Shown one piece after another: positions 40,655 through 50,663 of a stretch of DNA of 64,000 bases. The stretch comes from an uncultured Anaeroplasmatales bacterium. Its GTDB lineage: Bacteria; Bacillota_I; Bacilli_A; Acholeplasmatales; JAEDCM01. Position 1 is the first letter of the stretch. Each line of letters opens with the position of its first letter. A program made the translations under genes and the position numbers. The notes under the pieces are model-generated. The model saw nothing but the letters and a program-made list of their open reading frames with translations. It ran no database searches and was not told where the DNA came from. The DNA lies in NCBI GenBank assembly GCA_964634685.1, contig CAZWLD010000003.1, forward strand, positions 784 through 64,783. Direction: 5' to 3'.

Positions 40655-43600
40655 CTATCCTAGAATTTGTTCTTTTGTTTTTGCATAAACAACATTAGCA
40701 TTAATTTGATTAACAACATTTACGCTTGTTGATGTGATGTTTCCAACTTGAGCGCTTGTCATTCCACCGGTAATGGTATTAATAGTCGTGATTTCACCAG
40801 TCGATCCATTATATTCAAATACTGACCAAAGACAGCCATTACCGCTTGGCGCATCAAATTCTTGAACTAAGGCTCCATTAATGTATAATGCAACATGAGC
40901 ATCAGAGGTTGAAATTCCATTTGAAGTTGTACTTCCACCATGGGTATAATCATAAACACTATAGCGATAGATTCCTTCTTGAAGTTCAAGAACTGTAATA
41001 ACCTCAGGGCCAAAGCTTGTTGTATCATCAATATCTAAATTTGTTCCTGTAGTTGGATCAACCTTGTTATAGTAATAAATATGATATGAATCAGTGCCAT
41101 TTGTATATGTCATATGTGAATCTAAATCCTTTGGATTTTCTCCCCATGTTAACACTACAATCATTTCACGGTCACTAAATTGATCAAGGATATCCATTTC
41201 AAGACTATTTAAGATAATTTCTTCATCACCATCAACTTCAATCTCAATTTGTTTTGAATAGCTACCGCTCGTAACATTTAAAACGTATGTTTCATTTGGA
41301 ATATTTTCAAAGCCAGCGCCGTAATATGTGCTAAGACCGCTATATAAAACATTACCAAATTCATCATTTAAGGTTGCTACGACCTCTAATCTTTCATTAT
41401 CACTGCCTAAAACTGTTACTCTTACAAGGTTTCCATCAACAAATCGAATTTCATAGCTACCAGCATTGTTATTCCAATTTGTTGCCTTTGTAATAGCATT
41501 CCATTCGGTTTCTAATCCGCGGAAGTAAATTAATTCAAGATTACTTGCCCCTGAGATAACATTGTCCCCAATGTTTTCCAAAGAAGCTGGTAAAGATATT
41601 TCTTTGATAGTTGTCAAATTACTAAATGCACCATATAAAACATCGGTTGCTCCTGAAATAATTTCAATTCTTTCTAAACCTGAAGGAATATAATAAGTTA
41701 CTGATTGTGTATCTGTGTATGATTGACTAACGGCAACACTTCCTGTATATGAGGTTTTACCAAAGATTACGCCAAATAATGTTGCGGCAGTTGGTGTAAT
41801 TGAATAACCATCAATTCCAACAAATGGCAATGAAATCTTTGTAACAGAACTACAGCCTTTAAACATTCCTTCTGCTAAAACCATTACCGTTGATGGAACT
41901 CTAATTTCATTAGCGTTACTACAATTTACAAAGGCATTAGATCCGATGGTCATTAAGCCTTCCTTCATAATGATTTCTTCAAGTGAAGAACAATTATAGA
42001 AGGCATATTCTGCGATTGTTAACACATTTCCAGGAATATCAAATTCCTTCAATGCAGTACAATTATAGAAAGCATAATCAGCAATTGTTTTGACTCCATC
42101 TCCACCTGTTACATATTGTAAGCTTGTACAATTATAGAACATTTTTGTTCCTATTAGACTTAAGCTATTTCCTAGATGGATACTTACTAATCCAGATCCT
42201 TCAAACACATTATTTCCAACATTCGTAATTGAATCAGGAATTGTTATACTCTTAATTGCTTTACAATTATAGAAGGCATAATCTCCTAAAGTAAGAAGAT
42301 TTTCATTTAAAATCACATTTTCAAGCTTTGTACAGCCATAGAAGGTGTATGCTCCAATTGCGGTTAGAGTTGAAGGAATTTCAATTCTTTCAAGTGATGT
42401 ACAGCCTCTAAAAGCACTAGCACCTAAATCAGTAATTTCTCCTAATTCAATATAGGTTAATTTTGTACAACCGTAGAAGGCTTCAGCGCCAATAATTTGA
42501 GCGGTTGAAATTGATAATCCTGTCAAAGCTGTACAATTTTTAAATGCACCAGTACCAATTGATTTAACATTACCAAGGGTTACATTGGCTAATTTATTAC
42601 AGCCTAAGAATACATAATTTCCTAGCTTTTCAATTCCTGAACCAATTTCTACTGATGCTAAAGAAGTACATCCATTAAATGCATAATCTCCAAGAGCAGT
42701 AATACCATTTCCAATTCTTATTCCTGTTAAGGAAGCACACTTAGCAAAAGCATAATTTCCAATTGTTTTAAGTGAATCAGCTATTCTAACTGAGGTAATC
42801 TTTGTATTATAGAACGCATATTGACCAATGCTTTCAATACTACTACCAAATTTAATTCCAGATAAATTTGTACAACCATAGAAAGCTCTATTCGCAATAC
42901 TTTGAACATTATCAGGTATTACAATTTGTGTGAAATTAGTACAACCTTCAAAGGCACTTTCACCAATACTTAATAATCCATTAGATAATGTTATCGATGA
43001 TATACCTGTACAACCATAGAAAGCATTTGCGCCGATCGTTGTTACATATTCTGGTAAAGTAAGACCAGTTAACTTCGAACATTTATAGAAAGCATATGTT
43101 CCAATTGTATTCAATTTTGAGCCAAAAGTAACAGTTCCTAAATTTGAACAGCCATTAAACGCATAATCTCCAATCGTTTTAAGGTTTTCGCCCAAACTAA
43201 CAGTAACTAAACCACTACAATTATTGAATGCGTAGCTACCTAATGTTGTGACACTATCGGGAATTGTAAATGAGGTTAAACCAGTGCATCCATCAAATGC
43301 ATAGGAACCGATACTTGTAATTTCGCCTCTACATTCAACTGTTCTTAAATTTGATAATCCACTAAACATACTATTAGGTATTGAAGTAATTCCACTACCC
43401 AAAACAATAGTTTCTAAACCGCTACATCCTCTTAATGCAGTTGAATCAATTGATGTAACACTATCAGGAATAACTAAATTAATAATATTTTTACAATTCA
43501 TAAATGCTCGTTCTCCTATACTTGTAATTGAATCAGAGAAGGATAAACTTGATAAATTTGTACAACCATCAAATGCATAGCTTGAAATTTTCGTAGGACC

Positions 43601-46600
43601 CACAACACTAATATTTGTTAAATTTGAGCAATTTTGGAACAAGTAGTCTGACATCGTTCCGTTTCCTGTTAAATTAACAATTCTTAAAGAAGATGGTACA
43701 TAATAAGTTGTATAATTCTGCACAGTGGATGTACCACCAGTATAGCTAGTTGTACCAAAAATATATCCAAAAGTATTCCCATTTAAAAGTGACAACGGTA
43801 ATGATAATTCATTTAAACTTGTGCATCCTTTGAGAGCTCCACTTATTTCACTACTAGTTGCGCCAACATACTTAACACTTTCAGGAATAATGATTTTTGT
43901 CAAGTAAGAACAATCTCTAAATGCATCAGAATAATATATTTGATTTGTTGTATCCTTTAATTCAAATGCTCCGGTATTATCTGTTGGTTTACCAAAATAT
44001 ATTTTGTTATTAATTAAATAATCATCCACAATTAAATTACTTGAAATTAATGTATCAACAATAACATCATTATTGTCTCCTATATATCCCAAAAGAGTAT
44101 CTTCACTTATATGTATTTCTATTAAATTTACACATCCATTAAATGCAGATGAACCAATATAGTTTACACTAGTTGGGATTTCCATGCTTATTCCTTTATA
44201 TCCACTAAATGCATATTCTCCTATGCTTGTTATTGTTGGATTATCCCATACTATATCACAAGTACAATTATAGAATACATATTCTCCTATGCTTGTTACA
44301 CTAGTTGGGATTTCTATACTTGTTAAACCGCTACAACCTTCAAATGCATAGTTTCCAATACTCGTTACACTTGAAGGAATTGTTATACTTGCTAATCCAC
44401 TACAATCATAGAATGCATGATCTCCTATACTTGTACAGCCTTCTAATATTTTTACTGTTTTCAAGCAGCTTGGAACATAATCCGCATTACGAAAAGAGCT
44501 GCTAGCACCAAATATATATCCTAAATATGATTCGTAGAAACCATTTCCGATAAATGGTAAAGTAATACTTTCCAAACTACAGCCACTAAATGCACTAATT
44601 CCTATTTCTGTTACACTTGATGGAATTACAATGCTTGTTAAACTACTACAATTCCTAAAAGCATAGTTTCCTATACTTTTTACGCTTGTTGGGATATCTA
44701 TGCTTGTTAATCCACTACAACCACTAAATGCACATTCTCCTATGCTTGTTACGCTTGTTGGGATTTCCATACTTATTCCTTTATATCCACTAAATGCATA
44801 TTCTCCTATATTTGTTATTGTTGGATTATCCCATACTATATCGCAAGTACAATTATAGAATGCACATTCTCCTATGCTTGTTACATTCTCTGAAACAGTA
44901 ATATTTACTAAATCACTACAATTATAGAACGAACCATACAATAAACTTCCTCCTAATACTGTTACACTAGTTAATGTTGATGGTATGTAATAAGTATCAG
45001 TTCTTGTACTTAAACCATAGTAATATTGTTCTGTGGCAACTCCTCCATCATAACTAATAGTACCAAATATATATCCAAATGGATATTGATAAGTGTCACT
45101 TGATGTTTTTATTCTTTCACCTATAAATGGTAATGTTATTGAAACTAAGCTACTACAACCACTAAATGCATATTCTCCTATGCTTGTTACGCTTGATGGG
45201 ATATCTATACTTGCTAAGCCACTACAACCTTTAAATGCATAATTTCCTATCCTTGTTACGCTTGATGGAATGTCCACACTGGTCAATCCTGTACAATTAT
45301 AGAATGCATAATTTCCTATGCTTGTTACGCTTGTTGGGATTTCCATACTTATTCCTTTATATCCACTAAATGCATATTCTCCTATACTTGTTATTGTTGG
45401 ATTATCCCATACTATATCGCAAGTACAATTTTTAAATGCATATATTCCTATGCTTGTTACACTAGTTGGGATATCTATGCTTGTTAATCCACTACAACCA
45501 CTAAATGCATATTCTCCTATACTTGCTACACTTGAAGAAATTACTACGGTTGATAAGTTACTACAACCACTGAATGAATACCCCTCTATACTTGTTACGC
45601 TATTTGGGATTTCTATGCTTGTTATACTACTACAACCACTAAATGCATATTCTCCTATGCTTGTTACACTAGTTGGGATATCTATTCTTGTTAATCCACT
45701 ACAACCACTAAATGCATATTTTCCTATGTTTGTTACGCTTGATGGAATGTCCACACTGGTCAATCCTATACAATTATAGAATGCATAATTTCCTATGCTT
45801 GTTACATTCTCTGAAACAGTAATATTTACTAAATCACTACAATTATAGAACGAACCATACAATAAACTTCCTCCTAATACTGTTACACTAGTTAATGTTG
45901 ATGGTATGTAGTATGTTCCAGATGTTATGCTACTAGTACTTGAACCATAGTAATATTGTTCTGTGGCAACTCCTCCATCATAACTAAAAGTACCAAATAT
46001 ATATCCAAATGGATATTGATAAATGTCACTTGATGTTTTTATTCTTTCACCTATAAATGGTAATGTTATTGAAACTAAGTTACTACAACCAATAAAGGCT
46101 GATTTTCCTATGCTTGTGACTCTTGTTGGAATTTCTATATTTGATAAATTACTGCAATATGCAAATGCATAATTTCCTATCCTTGTTACGCTTGATGGAA
46201 TTGTTATACTTGCTAATCCACTACAACCATAGAATGTATGATCTCCTATGCTTGTTACACTTGTTGGAATATCTATGCTTGTTAATCCACTACAACCTTC
46301 AAATGCAGAATTTCCTATGCTTGTTACACTTGATGGAATATCTATGCTTGTTAATCCACTACAACCTTTAAATGCGTAATTTCCTATGCTTGTTACATTA
46401 TCTGAAACAGTAATATTTACTAAATCACTACAATTATAGAACGAACCATACAATAAACTTCCTCCTAATACTGTTACACTAGTTAATGTTGATGGTATGT
46501 AATAAGTACTACTTTCTCTACTTGTTGTACTTGAACCATAGTAATATTGTTCTGTGGCAACTCCTCCATCATACCTAATAGCACCAAATATATATCCAAA

Positions 46601-48337
46601 TGGATATTGATAAGTGTCACTTGATGTTTTTATGCTGTCGCCTATAAATGGTAATGTTATTGAAACTAAGCTACTACAACCACTAAAGGCTGATTTTCCT
46701 ATGCTTGTTACACTAGTTGGGATTTCTATACTTGTTAAACCGCTACAACCTTCAAATGCATAGTTTCCAATACTCGTTACACTTGAAGGAATTGTTATAC
46801 TTGCTAATCCACTACAACCACTAAATGCTGATTCTCCTATACTTGTACAGCCTTCTAATATCTTTACTGTTTTCAAACCACTTGGAACATATTCATTCTT
46901 AAATGCAGATCCATACGGACCAAATATATATCCTAAATATGATTTGCCGGAACCATTTCCGATAAATGGTAAAGTAATACTTTTTACTCCACTACAACCA
47001 CTAAGTGCATATTCTCCTATACTTGTTACGCTATTTGGGATTTCTATGCTTGTTAAACTAGTACAATCAGCGAATGCATATACTCCTATACTTGTTACGC
47101 TATTTGGAATTTCTATGCTTGTTATACTACTACAACCACTAAATGCATGATTTCCTATACTAGTACAGCCTTCTAATATCTTTACTGTTTTCAAACCACT
47201 TGGAACACATTCACTATTAAGTCCAGTTCCAGACGAACCAAATATATATCCTAAATATGATTTGCCGGAACCATTTCCGATAAATGGTAAAGTAATACTT
47301 TCTAAACTACTACAACCATAGAATGCATGATCTCCTATACTTGTTACGCTATTTGGGATTTCTATGCTTGTTATACTTCTACAACCACTAAATGCATATT
47401 CTCCTATACTTGCTACACTTGAAGAAATTACTACGGTTGATAAGTTACTACAACCACTGAATGAATACCCCTCTATACTTGTTACGCTATTTGGGATTTC
47501 TATGTTTATTAACTTACTACAGTTATAGAATACATATTCTCCTATACTAGTTACACTTGATGGGATTTCTATACTTGTTAAACTACTACAATTATAGAAT
47601 GAATACCCCTCTATACTTGTAACTCCCTCAGGGATTGTTATACTTGTCAATGAACTACAATTTTTAAATGCCAACCTTTCTATGCTTGCTACACTTGAAG
47701 AAATTACTACGGTTGATAAGTTACTACAACCAGAAAATGCACCTTCTCCTATGCTTGTAACGCTTGATGGAATTTCTATACTTGTTAAACTAGTACAATC
47801 AGCGAATGCAAAACCTCCTATTTTTGTTATGCTAGTTGGAATAGTTATACTTATTAAGTTACTATAATCAACGAATGCAGAACGTCTAATTTCAGAAACA
47901 GGTAGTCCATGTACAGTAGATACTATGTTGAGAGAAAAACTAGCTTCATTCCATAAATTACATCCCACTACAACATAATAACTACTGTCTGCACTTAATG
48001 TATACCACACATTATCTATAAGCACACTATCACTATTGTTAGATTTTTCATATCCACAAACAGCACAAACACCATCCTCAAATTGATGTTTCTCTGAATC
48101 TTTGATTTCATTTACATGCTCGCAAGTTGCCGCATGCCAATGATAGACATCATTATAACTCCATTCACTCGAGTAGCTATGTGAATGAGTTGTCTGATTG
48201 TTATTAGTTGTCTGATCATTATTAGTATCAACAGGATAATCCGGTCTCACTGCTGTACCGCATGATGTTAATAAAAATGACACACTAATCATTAACATCA
48301 AAAGACAAATAATTGATAATCTTTTCCCTCTCCTCAT
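40655..48337 (-). CDS. 2560-aa BspA-type (LRR_5) surface lipoprotein with C-terminal YfaP/DUF2135-like domain
   Basis: LLTSC lipobox; His/Cys motif HWHAATCEH...CAVCG; dozens of IPxSVTSIGxxAFxxCxxL repeats; C-terminal VLTWGENPKDLDSH...DDTTSFGPE. Confidence 0.9.
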   Translation of the reverse strand: MRRGKRLSIICLLMLMISVSFLLTSCGTAVRPDYPVDTNNDQTTNNNQTTHSHSYSSEWSYNDVYHWHAATCEHVNEIKDSEKHQFEDGVCAVCGYEKSNNSDSVLIDNVWYTLSADSSYYVVVGCNLWNEASFSLNIVSTVHGLPVSEIRRSAFVDYSNLISITIPTSITKIGGFAFADCTSLTSIEIPSSVTSIGEGAFSGCSNLSTVVISSSVASIERLAFKNCSSLTSITIPEGVTSIEGYSFYNCSSLTSIEIPSSVTSIGEYVFYNCSKLINIEIPNSVTSIEGYSFSGCSNLSTVVISSSVASIGEYAFSGCRSITSIEIPNSVTSIGDHAFYGCSSLESITLPFIGNGSGKSYLGYIFGSSGTGLNSECVPSGLKTVKILEGCTSIGNHAFSGCSSITSIEIPNSVTSIGVYAFADCTSLTSIEIPNSVTSIGEYALSGCSGVKSITLPFIGNGSGKSYLGYIFGPYGSAFKNEYVPSGLKTVKILEGCTSIGESAFSGCSGLASITIPSSVTSIGNYAFEGCSGLTSIEIPTSVTSIGKSAFSGCSSLVSITLPFIGDSIKTSSDTYQYPFGYIFGAIRYDGGVATEQYYYGSSTTSRESSTYYIPSTLTSVTVLGGSLLYGSFYNCSDLVNITVSDNVTSIGNYAFKGCSGLTSIDIPSSVTSIGNSAFEGCSGLTSIDIPTSVTSIGDHTFYGCSGLASITIPSSVTRIGNYAFAYCSNLSNIEIPTRVTSIGKSAFIGCSNLVSITLPFIGERIKTSSDIYQYPFGYIFGTFSYDGGVATEQYYYGSSTSSITSGTYYIPSTLTSVTVLGGSLLYGSFYNCSDLVNITVSENVTSIGNYAFYNCIGLTSVDIPSSVTNIGKYAFSGCSGLTRIDIPTSVTSIGEYAFSGCSSITSIEIPNSVTSIEGYSFSGCSNLSTVVISSSVASIGEYAFSGCSGLTSIDIPTSVTSIGIYAFKNCTCDIVWDNPTITSIGEYAFSGYKGISMEIPTSVTSIGNYAFYNCTGLTSVDIPSSVTRIGNYAFKGCSGLASIDIPSSVTSIGEYAFSGCSSLVSITLPFIGERIKTSSDTYQYPFGYIFGTISYDGGVATEQYYYGLSTRTDTYYIPSTLTSVTVLGGSLLYGSFYNCSDLVNITVSENVTSIGECAFYNCTCDIVWDNPTITNIGEYAFSGYKGISMEIPTSVTSIGECAFSGCSGLTSIDIPTSVKSIGNYAFRNCSSLTSIVIPSSVTEIGISAFSGCSLESITLPFIGNGFYESYLGYIFGASSSFRNADYVPSCLKTVKILEGCTSIGDHAFYDCSGLASITIPSSVTSIGNYAFEGCSGLTSIEIPTSVTSIGEYVFYNCTCDIVWDNPTITSIGEYAFSGYKGISMEIPTSVNYIGSSAFNGCVNLIEIHISEDTLLGYIGDNNDVIVDTLISSNLIVDDYLINNKIYFGKPTDNTGAFELKDTTNQIYYSDAFRDCSYLTKIIIPESVKYVGATSSEISGALKGCTSLNELSLPLSLLNGNTFGYIFGTTSYTGGTSTVQNYTTYYVPSSLRIVNLTGNGTMSDYLFQNCSNLTNISVVGPTKISSYAFDGCTNLSSLSFSDSITSIGERAFMNCKNIINLVIPDSVTSIDSTALRGCSGLETIVLGSGITSIPNSMFSGLSNLRTVECRGEITSIGSYAFDGCTGLTSFTIPDSVTTLGSYAFNNCSGLVTVSLGENLKTIGDYAFNGCSNLGTVTFGSKLNTIGTYAFYKCSKLTGLTLPEYVTTIGANAFYGCTGISSITLSNGLLSIGESAFEGCTNFTQIVIPDNVQSIANRAFYGCTNLSGIKFGSSIESIGQYAFYNTKITSVRIADSLKTIGNYAFAKCASLTGIRIGNGITALGDYAFNGCTSLASVEIGSGIEKLGNYVFLGCNKLANVTLGNVKSIGTGAFKNCTALTGLSISTAQIIGAEAFYGCTKLTYIELGEITDLGASAFRGCTSLERIEIPSTLTAIGAYTFYGCTKLENVILNENLLTLGDYAFYNCKAIKSITIPDSITNVGNNVFEGSGLVSIHLGNSLSLIGTKMFYNCTSLQYVTGGDGVKTIADYAFYNCTALKEFDIPGNVLTIAEYAFYNCSSLEEIIMKEGLMTIGSNAFVNCSNANEIRVPSTVMVLAEGMFKGCSSVTKISLPFVGIDGYSITPTAATLFGVIFGKTSYTGSVAVSQSYTDTQSVTYYIPSGLERIEIISGATDVLYGAFSNLTTIKEISLPASLENIGDNVISGASNLELIYFRGLETEWNAITKATNWNNNAGSYEIRFVDGNLVRVTVLGSDNERLEVVATLNDEFGNVLYSGLSTYYGAGFENIPNETYVLNVTSGSYSKQIEIEVDGDEEIILNSLEMDILDQFSDREMIVVLTWGENPKDLDSHMTYTNGTDSYHIYYYNKVDPTTGTNLDIDDTTSFGPEVITVLELQEGIYRYSVYDYTHGGSTTSNGISTSDAHVALYINGALVQEFDAPSGNGCLWSVFEYNGSTGEITTINTITGGMTSAQVGNITSTSVNVVNQINANVVYAKTKEQILG
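44890..46501. repeat. Three DNA-identical 100-bp blocks within larger repeated LRR modules
   Basis: CTGAAACAGT...GATGGTATGTA is identical at 44890-44989, 45811-45910 and 46402-46501. Confidence 0.9.
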
Positions 48338-48489
48338 TTTTCTTTGGAATAATCCTATTGTACTTAAGATTATTCTCCTCCTTCATTACTAAATTAAAGC
48401 GATATTATGAGTACAACATAATCAAATATCTTACATACTTTTAACCTTAAAATTAAGTTTTAATATATATAATATATTTATCCATTTTC

Positions 48490-48516
48490 ATTTTAACCCC
48501 CCCCGACCTTTGTCAA
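48490..48516 (-). promoter_or_regulatory. Candidate promoter of the giant LRR gene with a G8 tract in a 15-nt spacer
   Basis: TTGACA (48516-48511), AAGGTCGGGGGGGGT, TAAAAT (48495-48490). Confidence 0.6.
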
Positions 48517-48668
48517 GATTTTTGGAAAATATTGTTATATTTTGTCTAAATTTCGATTCAAAGTCCCTGTTATATTGTAGTTGTAATATAAAGAAGACAA
48601 TAGAGAGTATAAATAAAAAAAGTCTCTTTATTAAAAAGAGAACTCAAATATTTCTAAACAAATCTAAA

Positions 48669-48845
48669 TTAATTTTTTTTGTAAAATGAAACAATGATTT
48701 TATTTGCTTCCTTAAAGCTTATCTCACCATTCATTGCCCTTGCAAGGATTTCTTTTACACGATTCTCAACAATACATCCTTCTTGCTCAACCATTCCAAT
48801 AGCTGATCTTAAAATTACTTCCTTTGTCGCCTTTTTTTCTTCCAT
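48669..48845 (-). CDS. VbhA-like antitoxin (58 aa, below the ORF-track cutoff)
   Basis: Hand translation MEEKKATKEVILRSAIGMVEQEGCIVENRVKEILARAMNGEISFKEANKIIVSFYKKN; EG and GEIS motifs; AAAGGTG RBS. Confidence 0.7.
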   Translation of the reverse strand: MEEKKATKEVILRSAIGMVEQEGCIVENRVKEILARAMNGEISFKEANKIIVSFYKKN

Positions 48846-48964
48846 AAATTATTCACCTTTCTTTGCCTTTCTTATACATATATTATAACATATTTATATA
48901 TATAAATCTACTCAAATCAGGGCTTTCAGAAAAAAAGGCCTATTTTTTTTAGGCCTTTTAAGAA

Positions 48965-50461
48965 CTATTTAATCAATACTTTTCCTGTCATTTCCTTTGG
49001 AATCTCAACACCCAATAAAGTTAACATTGTTGGAGCTAAATCGGCTAAAGTTCCATCGCTTACTTCATAGTCTGGAGAAGTGACAATTAATGGTACTTTG
49101 TTTGTTGTATGAGCAGTGAATGGCTTACCATTTTCATCAATTAGCTTTTCAGCATTTCCATGGTCAGCGGTAATTAAACAAACACCACCTAATGAAACAA
49201 CCATATCAACAACCTTCATTAAGCAATCACCAACGGCTTCTACTGCTTTAACAGCCGCATCAAAGACTCCAGTGTGTCCAACCATATCACAGTTGGCATA
49301 ATTTAAAATAATGGTATCTGGACAATCATTTTGTAACTCGTATAATACCTTTTCTGTTACCTCATAAGCGCTCATTTCAGGTTGTAAATCATAAGTCGCA
49401 ACCTTTGGTGAATTGACTAAAACACGCTTACTTCCAGGAATATCTTTATCTTCTCCTCCATCAAAGAAGAAGGTTACATGCGCATATTTTTCCGTTTCCG
49501 CAATTCGAAGCTGAGTCAAACCAGCCTTAGATACTACTTCGCCATAGGTATTTGATAAATCCTGTAAGCCAAATGCTAAATCACCCTTTACAGAATCAGC
49601 ATAAAGCATCATTGAAACAAAGTAAATGTCATGTGGTCCCTTTGATGTATCAACACCATTAGCTCCTGGATTAGAGAAAGCAGTCGCAATTCTAATTGCA
49701 CGGTCAGGTCTAAAGTTCGCAAAAATAATTGAATCGCCATCGGTAATCATACCATTTTCATCAGTGATGAATGGCACAACAAATTCATCCGTTACATCCT
49801 TTTCATATGAAGCCTTTAAGCCACAAATTGGGCAAGCAAATTTTTCACCAACGCCAATTGTCATCGCATCATAGGCCTTTTGAAGACGATCCCAGTTATT
49901 ATCACGATCCATTGCATAATAACGACCAGAAACAGTCGCGATTTTTCCACCCTTATCCATAATTGCTTGTAAATATTTTTCAGCTGATTTAGGTGGTACG
50001 TCACGTCCATCAAGGAAAGCATGGACATAAACATTCTCAACACCTTGTTGCTTCGCTAAATCAAGTAAAGCAAAAATATGATTCATATGGGAGTGAACTC
50101 CACCATCGCTACATAAAGCAAAAATATGTAATTTTGAATTGTTCTTCTTAACACGGTCGGTAGCCTTTAGGAATGCTGGATTTGTAAAAAAGCTTCCATC
50201 CTTAATTGCTACATTGATTCTTGTTAATGATTGATAAACCGTACGACCAGCTCCAAGTGTTAAATGGCCAACCTCCGAATTACCCATTTGGCCATCTGGA
50301 AGACCTACAGCCTCACCACTAGCCTCTAAGGTCGCATGGGGATAAGCCTCATAAAGCATATCATAATTTTTCTTATTTGCTGCCATAATGGCATTTCCTT
50401 CTTTAGAATCTGATAAACCAAAACCATCCATTATGATTAATGCAACAGGTTTTTTACTCAT
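48965..50461 (-). CDS. gpmI: 2,3-bisphosphoglycerate-independent phosphoglycerate mutase
   Basis: IMDGFG, QMGNSEVGH, AETEKYAHVTFF, DMVGHTG, TADHGNAE. Confidence 0.97.
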   Translation of the reverse strand: MSKKPVALIIMDGFGLSDSKEGNAIMAANKKNYDMLYEAYPHATLEASGEAVGLPDGQMGNSEVGHLTLGAGRTVYQSLTRINVAIKDGSFFTNPAFLKATDRVKKNNSKLHIFALCSDGGVHSHMNHIFALLDLAKQQGVENVYVHAFLDGRDVPPKSAEKYLQAIMDKGGKIATVSGRYYAMDRDNNWDRLQKAYDAMTIGVGEKFACPICGLKASYEKDVTDEFVVPFITDENGMITDGDSIIFANFRPDRAIRIATAFSNPGANGVDTSKGPHDIYFVSMMLYADSVKGDLAFGLQDLSNTYGEVVSKAGLTQLRIAETEKYAHVTFFFDGGEDKDIPGSKRVLVNSPKVATYDLQPEMSAYEVTEKVLYELQNDCPDTIILNYANCDMVGHTGVFDAAVKAVEAVGDCLMKVVDMVVSLGGVCLITADHGNAEKLIDENGKPFTAHTTNKVPLIVTSPDYEVSDGTLADLAPTMLTLLGVEIPKEMTGKVLIK

Positions 50462-50533
50462 AATATACGCTCCTTTTTTTATAATATTTATATCACTTAT
50501 TTTAATTATACAAGAAAAAAAATAATACCGTTA

Positions 50534-50593
50534 AGTAAAGCGTTTTTATTAATATTTTTGAAAACGTTTTCTTGTTATTTTAGGTAACCGTTA
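50534..50593. promoter_or_regulatory. Cluster of cre/LacI-type operators upstream of the GH13 gene
   Basis: TTGAAAACGTTTTCT (50558-50572) fits the cre consensus; AGTAAAGCGTTTTTA (50534-50548) and GGTAACCGTTAC (50583-50594) are related. Confidence 0.6.
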
Positions 50594-50663
50594 CTCTAAT
50601 AAAAAAGATATTTTCATATGGTATAATTGACTTGTAAATAATAAAATAGGAGGCACATAAATT

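Noticed and set aside
44300-47400. Diversity-generating retroelement as the source of LRR loop variation
   Set aside because: No reverse transcriptase in the window, and the differences include indels and non-adenine changes.
44305-47867. Plus-strand ORFs of 61-153 aa over the giant LRR gene
   Set aside because: Antisense shadows of the repetitive LRR codons, with no RBS or independent signals.
48694-48888. 64-aa plus-strand ORF from the track
   Set aside because: Overlaps antisense the better-supported VbhA-like ORF, which has an RBS, a family motif and a terminator.
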